A stretch of 64,000 bases of DNA from a virus (IMGVR_UViG_3300003320_000620:1-64000), one strand, 5' to 3'; numbered from the stretch's first letter, positions 1-9,405 are shown. The notes: generated by a model from the sequence alone, not told the origin. Made by a program: numbers and translations.

Positions 1-518
1 GGACCATTTCTTCCACGTGTAAACACATAAGACCCATAGCTTTCCTTAATAGCCATTCCGGCAGGCAAATCAAAACTACTGAAAAGTTCAGGATCTCTCG
101 AGCTTATTGAGGCCGATAATCGGCAACCATCACCAATCCACAACCCTAACCAGTAGGGTTCTAATTCAAGAAATTTATGCCTTTTGAAATCTATTGGCTC
201 CACCATTGGAATAAACCATTTACGCCAACCATTAGTGTCACGTAAATCACCAATAAGCTCCTTCAAAGGTTTTATATCATAGTCTTCGCCCCGCCATTTT
301 CTAGTAGGTGTGGTTACCGCCCACAAATGATCCTCACACGTTCTTACGCTAGCACCATCTGAAAAGGTTACTTCAAAAACAGGCTTTTTTCCTTGAGGAA
401 AAACACCTATCACTTTTGTTGCTTTGCCATTCGCGCCGATAACTTTTTCACCGATTTTTATATCGCCTATATTTTTCCAACCACGTGGGGTAAGCACTTT
501 TTCGTCAAGTGGAAGCGC
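1..518 (-). mobile_element. Intein with Ala at position 1 (probable class 3) and start of a LAGLIDADG endonuclease, partial
   Basis: After GGGK the frame reads ALPLDEKVLTPRGWKNIGDI (block A), GASVRTCEDHLW (block B, His followed by Trp at B12) and PYWLGLWIGDGC (LAGLIDADG block C). Confidence 0.85.
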
Positions 519-737
519 TTTGCCCCCACCCATATCAACAAAGAGCATGAAGCGCTTGATTTCCCGGATTAGCAGGAAACAGGCTTTTTGGTGTGCCCAA
601 AGCTTGACGCCAAAATGAGGACGTGGCTTCAGCCTTTTCAGCGCTACATCTAATTCTTCAGCTTTATATTCTTTGATCCAATCGAACGACTGGAGTTTGC
701 GGGCTAAAAACCTTTCAATTTTCTTAGGATTGATCAA
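1..737 (-). CDS. SF2/SNF2-like helicase, N-terminal part, intein-containing (runs off the window)
   Basis: Manual translation from TTG at 737 gives LINPKKIERFLARK...KLWAHQKACF...FMLFVDMGGGK. This has a Q-motif-like WAHQ and a Walker A, followed directly by intein sequence. It is absent from the ORF track because it has no stop in the window. Confidence 0.8.
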   Translation of the reverse strand, partial: MINPKKIERFLARKLQSFDWIKEYKAEELDVALKRLKPRPHFGVKLWAHQKACFLLIREIKRFMLFVDMGGGKALPLDEKVLTPRGWKNIGDIKIGEKVIGANGKATKVIGVFPQGKKPVFEVTFSDGASVRTCEDHLWAVTTPTRKWRGEDYDIKPLKELIGDLRDTNGWRKWFIPMVEPIDFKRHKFLELEPYWLGLWIGDGCRLSASISSRDPELFSSFDLPAGMAIKESYGSYVFTRGRNG

Positions 738-751
738 GAATTAACCTAAAT

Positions 752-970
752 TTACTTATTTAGCCGTTCCAGAGAACGTTGTATGCGCTTTTCGAGTTGC
801 TGAAAACCGCGCGGCCAAGGAACGTCAGATGTGTGCAACAGCACCACCGGCTGCGTTAGCGGCTCTGCTTGCCGTCCCTCACCCGCATATTCGCAGGCAA
901 CAACCACCCCGTCTTGTAGCGTCAGCGTGTATTCGACGTATTCGTTATCCTCACTTTGAATTTCATTCAT
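752..970 (-). CDS. Small hypothetical protein
   Basis: Part of ORF 752..1039. The ATG at 970 (MNEIQSEDNEYVEY) abuts the dnaB stop. Confidence 0.5.
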   Translation of the reverse strand: MNEIQSEDNEYVEYTLTLQDGVVVACEYAGEGRQAEPLTQPVVLLHTSDVPWPRGFQQLEKRIQRSLERLNK

Positions 971-971
971 T

Positions 972-3449
972 TCACTTCTCCTCTTCAGTTTCTTCAGCTT
1001 CACTTTCGCTATTACGTCCAACCAATGACCAATAATCATTGGTCATCATTGCGGAATCAACAACGAAATTACCTAGAGCATAGTTTTGCGATATTAGCAC
1101 TGTAAAACGATCTTCGTCATTACGGCCAGCGGCAACATGCAGCCTTGCCAAGCCTAGTTTGTGCTCTTCCTCGGTTTGGCTATAGGTTATCACTACGTCG
1201 GCGTGGGCTACCTTTGAATACGCTTCTGCAGTATTCTCAAGCCCTACCTGTTTGGCTTTTTCGCCTGACCTGTTGCTCTGACTGACTATGGCCCCAGCAA
1301 TGTTCCGCTTGATCAAAAGCCCCCTAAGCTCCTTATAAGTTTCATCCAATGAAAGCCTGAAATTGTGCTTGTCTATTTTCATCAGGTCTGGGTAATCCAC
1401 TATTAACAATTCTGGCGTAAACCTGTGGGTGTTTTCCAAATTATCTAGGTAAGCTGCCAATTGAGGAACAGTTAACGCCCCTGTTGGGAACTGCTTCACT
1501 ACGATATTGCTGAATACCCTTAAAGCCCACCGATCAATAGATCGCTCCAGCTTTTTTCTGATGTTTGGGTCATCCATAGACATGGCAGGCGCAACCCTGA
1601 CATCCTCAAAGTCAGTGATCCTGCCTAATTTGTCACGGGCGAATTTGGTGACCTGTACTGGGTCCTTACGCTTGGCCAATGCCAGCATGGCTTGGAAATA
1701 ACGCTGAGAGCAGCGGTCTTCTGACATTTCAAGCGTGATATGGACCACCCTAACCCTGTGCATTAGGGCCATTTTGGCCAAATGAATGAGGCCCCATGAA
1801 TTGTGGACTACGATATTGTTTGCAACAAAGTTGTGGGTTCCTTCAACTGCAAGATCATAAGTTTCAGCCTCACCATGGGGTTTTATAGATACAACCCTGT
1901 CAAAGAAAATTTCACCAAACTGGTCACGTACCAAATAGGACAATCTATCAGGTCGACTGCCATTACCTGCAGCCATTTTAGCCAGTTTTTTACCTTTTGA
2001 TCCTAACAAACCAATTTCTTCATGTAGTTTTTTAATTTGACGGCGTCCTCTCACAAGTAAGGACCAACTGCAATAGGGGCACCCAGCAACTGTTTGCCAA
2101 CGTTCTCTGACTTTTGAAACAATTCCAAATCTTGTTAGCAAATTATTGATTTGCTGCATCAGCACAGCGCTTGTTGTGGAATATTCAAAGTCCGAATCAG
2201 CGTAAACTGAGCCGTCACAAGTAAACAAAGCCTGAAGAAAAACTGCAGTGTGTTCTTTGTCTAAAAGACCAAACCATTCAGGCAACTGCTTTTGGTTTGA
2301 CTTTTTTTCCATCAAACCATCACGCCTTAAAAGGTCAGCGACCAAATTACGGTCACCCTTTCCAACAACATAATAATGATCAGGTGCACCTTTTGCTTGT
2401 GTCAATGCGCAGTTATAGACACTAAGACAGCGCTCAAGATCAGTTACTATCTCCTTTTCTTGTTTTGTGAAAGTTGGCGTATGTGGTTTGCTCATACTTC
2501 CATCGGCTATCATATAACCTAATATCTTTAGGTATTCCTTTGAAGCAACCATTGTGCCAAAAGCAAGCCTTAGGGGAACAGCAATGCTATGCCCTACGCT
2601 TATTTCAGACACTGTTTTCCAACCATCTTTAGTAAGCAGACGATGGTTATTTGTGACAATCAGGGTACGCCCTGATCGCGTCTTAACCTCTAGAACAGGT
2701 TTCTTCCCATTAGCCGTAAGTTGTGCTTGTTTAGATTCAAACACACCAGTCGCTTCATTAAAGCTTACAACACAGTCCCCATCTTGTATATTTTCAATAG
2801 GAATGTAGCGGCCAGTATCTAATTGAACCAATGTCCCGACTGCAAGGCATTTCCCTCGCTTCGCATTGGCTATGAGCAACCACAGTTCTTTAGGAACTGG
2901 CCCTAAACCACGTCGGTCCAATTCAACAATGCCTGTAGGCATTGCCTGTTCACTAATATCAAGGAACCTTAGGGCACGCTTCTTATCATTAAGAAATGTC
3001 CCTGGGTCAAATAAGCTAAGCGAATTATGCCTAGAGCCAGCAATCAGCTTTTCAGCTTGTTCTAGCGATTCTTCGGTATCACGCTGCAGGGCTTTGGTTA
3101 GCTCAACAGCGACAGAACGCAGAGCCTGCCTTTTGATGTAGGTCTCAAGCTGAGATAGAACATATTCCCTATTGAGGGTGTCCTTTACAGCATGGATGCT
3201 ACCAATAATGTCAACGTAGAGTTGAGCTTCCCGCTTATTCTCACCCTCAAGCTTGTCAGTCAGCAGATCAGGTAGGTGGTCGCCAGCTGGCTGCTTAAAG
3301 CGGTCCAGGTAGTCATAGCATCTGGCAGCTATGACCCGGTAAGGCCCACCATAGAGTTCAATTGCTATGGCCCCCCTTACTATGGGGGCACCCTCCTTAT
3401 CAAAGGCAAGGAGGGTAATAATGTTCTCCTGTAGGGCACCAAGAAGCAT
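972..3449 (-). CDS. dnaB: DnaB-like replicative helicase, intein-containing
   Basis: Walker A ANAKRGK|S is split by an intein. Also HITLEMS, Walker B LLIVDYPDL, SQSNR and the C-terminal AAGRN motif, all typical of DnaB/RecA-fold helicases. Confidence 0.9.
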   Translation of the reverse strand: MLLGALQENIITLLAFDKEGAPIVRGAIAIELYGGPYRVIAARCYDYLDRFKQPAGDHLPDLLTDKLEGENKREAQLYVDIIGSIHAVKDTLNREYVLSQLETYIKRQALRSVAVELTKALQRDTEESLEQAEKLIAGSRHNSLSLFDPGTFLNDKKRALRFLDISEQAMPTGIVELDRRGLGPVPKELWLLIANAKRGKCLAVGTLVQLDTGRYIPIENIQDGDCVVSFNEATGVFESKQAQLTANGKKPVLEVKTRSGRTLIVTNNHRLLTKDGWKTVSEISVGHSIAVPLRLAFGTMVASKEYLKILGYMIADGSMSKPHTPTFTKQEKEIVTDLERCLSVYNCALTQAKGAPDHYYVVGKGDRNLVADLLRRDGLMEKKSNQKQLPEWFGLLDKEHTAVFLQALFTCDGSVYADSDFEYSTTSAVLMQQINNLLTRFGIVSKVRERWQTVAGCPYCSWSLLVRGRRQIKKLHEEIGLLGSKGKKLAKMAAGNGSRPDRLSYLVRDQFGEIFFDRVVSIKPHGEAETYDLAVEGTHNFVANNIVVHNSWGLIHLAKMALMHRVRVVHITLEMSEDRCSQRYFQAMLALAKRKDPVQVTKFARDKLGRITDFEDVRVAPAMSMDDPNIRKKLERSIDRWALRVFSNIVVKQFPTGALTVPQLAAYLDNLENTHRFTPELLIVDYPDLMKIDKHNFRLSLDETYKELRGLLIKRNIAGAIVSQSNRSGEKAKQVGLENTAEAYSKVAHADVVITYSQTEEEHKLGLARLHVAAGRNDEDRFTVLISQNYALGNFVVDSAMMTNDYWSLVGRNSESEAEETEEEK
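1800..2849 (-). mobile_element. Canonical class 1 intein with LAGLIDADG endonuclease (350 aa) in the DnaB P-loop
   Basis: Starts CLAVGTLVQL and has block B VTNNHRLL, ILGYMIADGS, FLQALFTCDGS and block F TYDLAVEGTHNF. Ends VHN followed by Ser(+1). Confidence 0.95.
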
Positions 3450-3952
3450 TATTCCTTAGCCTTGCGTTCCATAGCCCTAAGTATGAGGTCGGACAACCCT
3501 GATTTGCGGTAGTCTGGGAATGCTGCATCAAATAGGGCTGGTGCCCTGCCTAGGTTTGAGCATACCATTCCAATTGAGGCTGGAAGCTTCTTTTCATTTA
3601 GATCAGAAATAACCAAAGACACCAACTGATTGCACAAAGCTAAGAATTGGACACGCGCTCTAATAGTAAATGTTTGGCAGATAAACTTGGTTACCATAGG
3701 CCTATATTTCTGGAAATCCCTGTAAGCAACAGTTTTTTGAAATGCACCCCAATTCAGTGGAACGGTTTGGGAGGTGATGGCTGTATAAAGGCATTGCTCG
3801 TTGGATGAGGCAGCCTTGATGTTTTTAGGTCGAAGCTGCGCAATGGCAGCTTCGACTGTAGCCAGTTCCTTAGAACTGAGGCTTGGCAGGAGCCCTATAA
3901 TTGTAGATAGAGCCGATGACTTCTTGCCCTTCTGGTGAAGCTGCCCAGGCAT
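3449..3952 (-). CDS. Hypothetical protein
   Basis: ORF 3449..3988. Likely start MPGQLHQ; its stop overlaps the dnaB start. Confidence 0.6.
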   Translation of the reverse strand: MPGQLHQKGKKSSALSTIIGLLPSLSSKELATVEAAIAQLRPKNIKAASSNEQCLYTAITSQTVPLNWGAFQKTVAYRDFQKYRPMVTKFICQTFTIRARVQFLALCNQLVSLVISDLNEKKLPASIGMVCSNLGRAPALFDAAFPDYRKSGLSDLILRAMERKAKE

Positions 3953-4172
3953 CGCTCTCCTCCAATGAAGCGTCAAATTCCCCTTCAATATGACGATCCA
4001 GAAGTTTCAACGCCTCAATTGTCCCAACCGCCGTCAGCTCAATAGCAAGCTGTTGGCAGGGTAAATCGAGGGGAGATAAGAAATCATGGTAATAACCGGT
4101 AGCTGCCCGGTCAGCCATCTCATGAAGGCCAGCCTTCCGCAATTCTTGCGCTAGGTAATCCTTAGTGTGCAT
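3870..4172 (-). CDS. Hypothetical phage protein
   Basis: 100-aa ORF with SD (GGAGG) upstream and globular composition. Confidence 0.6.
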   Translation of the reverse strand: MHTKDYLAQELRKAGLHEMADRAATGYYHDFLSPLDLPCQQLAIELTAVGTIEALKLLDRHIEGEFDASLEESDAWAASPEGQEVIGSIYNYRAPAKPQF

Positions 4173-4416
4173 CTACATTTTCCTCCTTCAGTTCATTTCC
4201 TTCTTCATCTGAGCCCATAGCCTTCAGGGTGGAGGCTATGGCGACTATGGTGTTGATCGCGTGGATCAGCTGACTCCACGCAAAACACATTTCTGGCGGT
4301 GTCAGATCATTAAACTTACCATCTGGTCCTGTTAATTTCAGGTTGTGCTCTATAAAATCACGGATTCGTTTTGCGCTCACTTTCACCTCCTCTGGTTTCT
4401 GACTGTTTTTGCCCAC
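4162..4416 (-). CDS. Hypothetical protein
   Basis: 84-aa ORF in the minus-strand operon. Confidence 0.5.
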   Translation of the reverse strand: MGKNSQKPEEVKVSAKRIRDFIEHNLKLTGPDGKFNDLTPPEMCFAWSQLIHAINTIVAIASTLKAMGSDEEGNELKEENVDAH

Positions 4417-4602
4417 TGCATAATCAGGGTTGCCGTTTCATGCCCCACATTTGGCCGCTGAATAAGCTGTTCATACGTCACGGTACCTAACAGCACCCAA
4501 CTGGGTCGCCAACCACGGGGCCGCTGTGAGCGTTTACGGCCCTGCCTATCAAGCTCTATGGCCCATAGGGCATTCATAGCCTTACCCACCATCCATTTGT
4601 CC

Positions 4603-4851
4603 CTATACAGCATAGAACCAAAGGCCCTTCCTTTCTTTGCGTTTGGCGTCCATGGCTGCTCGGTAGAGTACAATTTGTCGGTACCCTGAAGAGGCGAACA
4701 GATCAACCTCTGGGTCACCAACCATCTTGGGCTTTGGCGGTTCGGGCACAAACAAATAGCCGTTGCAAACCAATTTGCCGCAACGAGTACCTATGTCTGA
4801 TTCGTTCATTCGCTCATAAAAATGATGACACTCACTGCACATAAGGCGCAT
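4603..4851 (-). CDS. Small Zn-ribbon protein
   Basis: CSEC...CGKLVC motif with GGAG SD upstream. Confidence 0.55.
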   Translation of the reverse strand: MRLMCSECHHFYERMNESDIGTRCGKLVCNGYLFVPEPPKPKMVGDPEVDLFASSGYRQIVLYRAAMDAKRKERKGLWFYAV

Positions 4852-4865
4852 TTTGCCCCTCCAAC

Positions 4866-5099
4866 TTACATCCAGGTCTCAACAATCACTGGGTCATCAG
4901 ATGGATCACGCTGAAAGCAGATGAGCCTTTGTATTGGAAGGGCAAGCCGGGCCTCATCTAGCGTTGCAGCTTTGATCACTTCGTCAGTTAGCTGTGGCTC
5001 AAAGTTGTTTGACACAATTTCCCACTTGCGGACAACATATTCAGCATCAGGGTGATCCTTGGGCTTATGGTAGATCACCCATTGATAGAATGGCTCCAT
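4866..5099 (-). CDS. Conserved-type small phage protein
   Basis: WVIYHKPKDHPDAEYVVRKW...RDPSDDPVIVETWM, with GGAG SD. Confidence 0.65.
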   Translation of the reverse strand: MEPFYQWVIYHKPKDHPDAEYVVRKWEIVSNNFEPQLTDEVIKAATLDEARLALPIQRLICFQRDPSDDPVIVETWM

Positions 5100-5127
5100 T
5101 TTTGCTCCTCCTTGTTTTTGCTAAAAT

Positions 5128-5370
5128 CTACAAACTGCGTGGTTGTTTGAAAAACTTCATTGGATCAATTTGCATCCAGCTGCACAGGGCCAAGTAGTGT
5201 TCCACTGTGCAGCATAAGCCTAGTTCCACCCTGACAAGGGTGGAGTGGCTACAGCCAATTTCTAAGGAACACTGCCTTTTTGATCTTTCCCCCCTACACG
5301 CATGAACAGCGTCAGCGAATTTGTTCCAATCAACCTTGGGGCTGCTCGCTAACTTTGTCATTGGGATCAC
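5128..5370 (-). CDS. XRE-like helix-turn-helix protein
   Basis: SKRQCSLEIGCSHSTLVRVELG resembles an XRE HTH. Confidence 0.6.
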   Translation of the reverse strand: MIPMTKLASSPKVDWNKFADAVHACRGERSKRQCSLEIGCSHSTLVRVELGLCCTVEHYLALCSWMQIDPMKFFKQPRSL

Positions 5371-5647
5371 CTGTTAGTTCTATCACTTCGAACACATGCC
5401 AGACATAGCCGTTGGCAAAGATCACTGTTCCAACGAACGCTGTGACCATTAGTGATTGGGGTATTTCCCAGCCAGTACCAATAACGTAGAACAGCATAGG
5501 AACTTTAGGGTTCTCAGTCTCTACGTTGATCCATATGTTAATCTCATAATCAGGAAACTTAGTTCCTACACTCAATGGCTTAGAACCTACAGGAACATCT
5601 ATCCTATTTAACCCTGTATCTAGCTCATATTTCCACACAGTAAGCAT
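5330..5647 (-). CDS. Hypothetical phage protein
   Basis: VWKYEL...IGTGWEIP...FVGTVIFANGYVWHVFE pattern, GGAGG SD. Confidence 0.65.
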   Translation of the reverse strand: MLTVWKYELDTGLNRIDVPVGSKPLSVGTKFPDYEINIWINVETENPKVPMLFYVIGTGWEIPQSLMVTAFVGTVIFANGYVWHVFEVIELTGDPNDKVSEQPQG

Positions 5648-6276
5648 ATCTAACCTCCCTACTTAACACTAGACAATAGTATACCCCCGCAATGTCCGGC
5701 ACATAGGGAAACCCTGTGAGCCTGCCCTTGCTATTGGGCTGTGTTAGCTAATGTTAGTAGAGTTAACTAGATTTGTATTAGTTAGCTTACTAGAGCACTA
5801 GCCACTTACAAAGACAATCTGAGATAACAGGTATACCCTAGGTGTCCGTTCGTCCCTAGCACCACCCCGACCGATGCCTCGTGAAGGGGTAGGAACTAGC
5901 GTGGTGGACCAGACCACTGGCCCTGATTAACCCATCAGGAGGGTAGGTTTGCCTTAAAAGCCTAGGATGCCAGCATACTGCTCAGATTCAGAAATTTGCT
6001 GCGGTCGGGGGTCGTGTTTTCTACCGCCTGTTCCTTCGACGGGGATGTGCCGTCCCACTGCAACTTCAGGTTGGGTAAGTCTGGCTCAATCGGCGTGCTA
6101 GCCGGGCCTGAGAAACTGTTTTTAGGTATTGACCGGAGGCTTGGGGGGTGTTATTAAGCTTCCGTTCTACTACAGGGTTTGTTTCTCAGACGACTTGACC
6201 TGTAGTTTACCGCCCCAGGAAAAGCTGCTCTTTCCTGGGGCACTTTTTTGTAACCTATGCTTTACATTCAGTCAAG

Positions 6277-6545
6277 CTAGATTTCTGTTAGGGCTAGCTT
6301 CCAGGCTAAGGTGCCGTCCCCGGTGATCAGGTACTGCCTTAGGGCCTCTGTAGCTTGAGCGACATTGGCGTGCCAATGTTCTTGATCTTCTGGAAAGAAG
6401 AGGCAACAGAGCCCCCATCCTATTTGGTGGCGCATAGTAAATGCACGCATATCGCTGGCATACAGCATCCCTCTGGAATGCCGAGCTCTACTGCAGTTTT
6501 GAACACTGCGCTTGCTTTATCCCATTTCTTACTGTCATAAAGCAT
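6277..6545 (-). pseudogene. Degenerate third copy of the MLYDSK(K/N)WDK paralog family
   Basis: The N-terminus MLYDSKKWDKASAVFKTAVELGIPE stops at 6420. The C-terminal homology (FTMRH..LFFP..ANVAQATEALRQYLITG) lies in another frame (6277..6468), with internal deletions. Confidence 0.75.
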
Positions 6546-6547
6546 GC

Positions 6548-6940
6548 TTATTCTCCTTCCTTCATTGCTTCACGCCAAGCTGCCCTGGCATTGCCGGTAG
6601 TCAAGAAGCCACGTAGGGCTTTGGCCCCCTGTTGGACGTTAGCTTTATAAACACCGTCTGGACCACTTGGGTAAAACAATGGGCCAACGGCCTCTGGCCG
6701 GAACCCATTGCGCATTAACGGTTCGAATGTGGCAGCCCAACCCAGGATACAGCCAGCGGTGCCACATTCTGGTGCACCAATAAAGTGCATTGTGAACATG
6801 TGCCTAGGTACCTTCCCGCTTTCAAACAGTTCCAGCGTTTTCAGTAGGGCCACATAGTGGTTTTCGGGTATTTGCAGTTCTTCTGCTGACTTGAACTTGG
6901 CAGGCAGGTTCTTATCCCAATTCTTACTGTCATAAAGCAT
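6548..6940 (-). CDS. Tandem paralog, CGTxGCILGW family, unknown function
   Basis: 130 aa with CGTAGCILGW; clearly homologous to 6943..7359. Confidence 0.8.
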   Translation of the reverse strand: MLYDSKNWDKNLPAKFKSAEELQIPENHYVALLKTLELFESGKVPRHMFTMHFIGAPECGTAGCILGWAATFEPLMRNGFRPEAVGPLFYPSGPDGVYKANVQQGAKALRGFLTTGNARAAWREAMKEGE

Positions 6941-6942
6941 GC

Positions 6943-7359
6943 TTATGCTCCTTCCTTCATTGCAGCTGGCCAGTCAGTATGGGCGGTTTCCAGATAGCCG
7001 CGAAGCGCTGTTGCGGCCTGCTTTGGGGTGGCCATGTATGCCCCAATTTCATATGCGCTTGTGATGCTCGGAAAGAAGAGCCGATCTAGCTCATGAGGAA
7101 ACCAGCCACGACGCCCCTCCGTGCGGTCATAAACCGACATGCTGATTGTTTTTGACCAACCCAGAATGCAGCCAGGGGTGCCACATTCGGGATGCCCGAC
7201 CCGGTTCATGTTGAACATTTCAGGCGGTACTTTCCCTTCCTCAAAAAGAGCAAGTGTTTTGATTAAGGTATCGTGCTGCTCCTCAGTCAAACCTAGCTCT
7301 TTTGCTGACTTGAAGGTATTGACTGGGAGCTTATCCCACTTCTTACTGTCATAAAGCAT
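6943..7359 (-). CDS. Tandem paralog, CGTxGCILGW family, unknown function
   Basis: 138 aa with CGTPGCILGW and the same N-terminus as its neighbour. Confidence 0.8.
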   Translation of the reverse strand: MLYDSKKWDKLPVNTFKSAKELGLTEEQHDTLIKTLALFEEGKVPPEMFNMNRVGHPECGTPGCILGWSKTISMSVYDRTEGRRGWFPHELDRLFFPSITSAYEIGAYMATPKQAATALRGYLETAHTDWPAAMKEGA

Positions 7360-7400
7360 GCTTATTCTCTCCTCTTCTGGTCAAAATTAACTAATGAACA

Positions 7401-7420
7401 GGGCGGCTTTCCAGCCGCCC
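7401..7420. terminator. GC-rich hairpin, possible terminator or processing site
   Basis: GGGCGGC-TTTCCA-GCCGCCC between two minus-strand genes. Confidence 0.5.
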
Positions 7421-7426
7421 CTTAGA

Positions 7427-7843
7427 TTATTCAACGGTAATTGCAATTTTCCGTGCTTTGACTTTTTGCTCATTCGGCAACTGCAGGACAGTTGCCTTCA
7501 TGCCTTCCTTCAAGTCGTTGATTAGGACGACTTGGCCGTTGGCGAACTCAAGCGCATCGTGATGCACAAGGTCTTTGTTTTCATCCACCTTGGTGAATCG
7601 GGCAACTTTGTCGAAGGGCTTTACACCCTTCAGGCACTGCAGAAACGTGCGATGGGGGGCCTCACTGAAAACGATCTCAGTGCCTTTTGTGAGGCAGACT
7701 GCTGTAGTGATGTAGTCTTCATCATTATAGCCAACATCATCTTCTGGCATAAAGCCTTTGGAATACACAAATTTATGGACGACAAGCCTGTCGCCAGCTA
7801 CGGCCTTCCTTTCGTTATCAGCATGAACGCTGTAGTCACACAT
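7427..7843 (-). CDS. Conserved hypothetical protein of a type I associate with Rhizobiales
   Basis: MCDYS...AVCL..GTE..F...HHDALEF..G..VL...L.EG..ATVLQLP pattern, recalled rather than searched. Confidence 0.65.
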   Translation of the reverse strand: MCDYSVHADNERKAVAGDRLVVHKFVYSKGFMPEDDVGYNDEDYITTAVCLTKGTEIVFSEAPHRTFLQCLKGVKPFDKVARFTKVDENKDLVHHDALEFANGQVVLINDLKEGMKATVLQLPNEQKVKARKIAITVE

Positions 7844-8228
7844 CGGTAGCTACTCCTTCTCTCTGGTTGTGAACCTTCGTTTGTTGTGAATAGAACGCCC
7901 ATAGCGGCTAGAGCGCAAGTTATATGTTGGGTCATTGTCCCAACGCTCACTCGGATCTATAAAACGCATACAGTTAGCAGATAAACTCTGAACCCTAGAG
8001 GCTAGTACTAAGGCGCCTCCATACCAAACTAACGTATCTAACTTTTCATCTTGGTCCATTGTATGTCACCTATTGGCTGTTAAATGGCCTCACAAACCCA
8101 ATACGGGGCCTGCTGATAAAGCTTTTGACTTAGGGGGCCTATATGCCCTACCTCAAAACCCGCAGTACCGTTGTATGGCCACGGTAGCGTCAGAGGCCCT
8201 TAACCCGCTGCGGTGCCGGGAGGGGAAC

Positions 8229-8435
8229 TCAACCCTTAAGCTTAGTACGTTCGCGGGGCTCAATCAGCGTAAAGCTAGATGAGCCATTCAAAGCTTTTGT
8301 CATCACGGAATGGTCAATCAGCAGGTGTTCTAGTGCTACAGCGTCAACAGAGACATAGCCCTTACGGGCAGTTGAGAGCCGATCATGAAGGTCTTCAAAC
8401 TCATTCAGTTTGGTGCAGAGTCTGATTTCTGGCAT
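8229..8435 (-). CDS. Hypothetical protein
   Basis: 68-aa ORF in the operon. Confidence 0.5.
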   Translation of the reverse strand: MPEIRLCTKLNEFEDLHDRLSTARKGYVSVDAVALEHLLIDHSVMTKALNGSSSFTLIEPRERTKLKG

Positions 8436-8668
8436 CGCACTGACTCCACATAAGCACTGTAAGGATCACACACCGCATAGATCATGGCCGGTGATCGATG
8501 CCCTTCTTCAAGCAAGGCTTTTGCCAGAGCCCTTGCTTTTTCTATGGTATCAACCTCAAAGCGAGCCCTAGCCCTGTAGGCGTGGATGATTACGGTGAAA
8601 TAGTCTGCGTTGTCACGCACCCACACATCGTGTTCCGTGTGGGTTTTGAAGTCCGGCGCTTGTTTCAT
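8405..8668 (-). CDS. Hypothetical protein
   Basis: Part of ORF 8405..8707; likely start MKQAPDF after a duplicated SD. Confidence 0.55.
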   Translation of the reverse strand: MKQAPDFKTHTEHDVWVRDNADYFTVIIHAYRARARFEVDTIEKARALAKALLEEGHRSPAMIYAVCDPYSAYVESVRCQKSDSAPN

Positions 8669-8949
8669 GTAGCCTCCCTTTTGCATGTTGTAGCCTCCCT
8701 TTTGCATGGTATAGTAACAGAGCGGGGATCATCGCATCGGCCTGCTGTTGTGATGGCTATGGTGTAGCCACAGCTAGTGCAATGGACCAAGTAATAGCCG
8801 CACCGCTGGGCGGGATACGGCAGTTCTGCCTTGCAGTACGGCAGGCTGCCAGCTGAGACATTTATGTCCTTCCCTTTTGGGAAGGCTGAATCTGGTGCAC
8901 ACTTTGGTTCCCGCCCATGATCAAACCACTTTATGACAAACTGTTTCAT
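8665..8949 (-). CDS. Cys-rich (Zn-binding) small protein
   Basis: CKAELPYPAQRCGYYLVHCTSCG...GRCDDPRSVTIPC; ATGA overlap with its neighbour. Confidence 0.65.
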   Translation of the reverse strand: MKQFVIKWFDHGREPKCAPDSAFPKGKDINVSAGSLPYCKAELPYPAQRCGYYLVHCTSCGYTIAITTAGRCDDPRSVTIPCKREATTCKREAT

Positions 8950-9302
8950 TTCCCTTCTCCCTTTACTTTCCGCTCCACTTCGGATAAAATCTCTGCCTCG
9001 GTTCTCCCGCCCCTGCGTGGGTCACCGGGCGGAAAGGCTAAGTCTTCAAGATGATTACGGAGGCTTAGGTAGAGAGTTTTGAACCTTTCTAGGCTTTCTA
9101 TTTCTTTTCTAAGCCTTTCAATTTCTTCAGCTGCTTCCAATTTTAGAGGGGTTGTTGGGTATTGTTCCCAGCCAAATTCAGGCTCACCATTTTCCATGGT
9201 TGGGCCTTTGGCATAGAGGCCACGCAAACGCTTTACGAGATCATTGTTTATTTCAACCTTCTTGCGAAGGAATGGGTCAAAAACAGTTCTGGTTTCAGTC
9301 AT
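8946..9302 (-). CDS. Hypothetical protein
   Basis: 118 aa with LVKRLRG..YAKGP and EAAEEIERLR motifs common in phage small proteins. Confidence 0.6.
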   Translation of the reverse strand: MTETRTVFDPFLRKKVEINNDLVKRLRGLYAKGPTMENGEPEFGWEQYPTTPLKLEAAEEIERLRKEIESLERFKTLYLSLRNHLEDLAFPPGDPRRGGRTEAEILSEVERKVKGEGK

Positions 9303-9322
9303 GTCACACTCTCCAGCCCCCC

Positions 9323-9373
9323 AAAAAAGAACCCGGCCGGACGCAAGCGGGGGGCTGCTGCATCCGACCGGGT
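9323..9373 (-). terminator. Rho-independent terminator
   Basis: On the minus strand: ACCCGGTCGGATGCA...TGCGTCCGGCCGGGT (15-bp stem with G-U pairs) followed by TCTTTTTT, downstream of 9406..9924. Confidence 0.75.
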
Positions 9374-9405
9374 ATCGGCTGGTAAGGGAGGAGAAAACCA
9401 GCCGG

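Noticed and set aside
9-24. Second parS-like site (TCTTCCACGTGTAAAC)
   Set aside because: Four mismatches to the consensus, not palindromic, and inside intein coding sequence.
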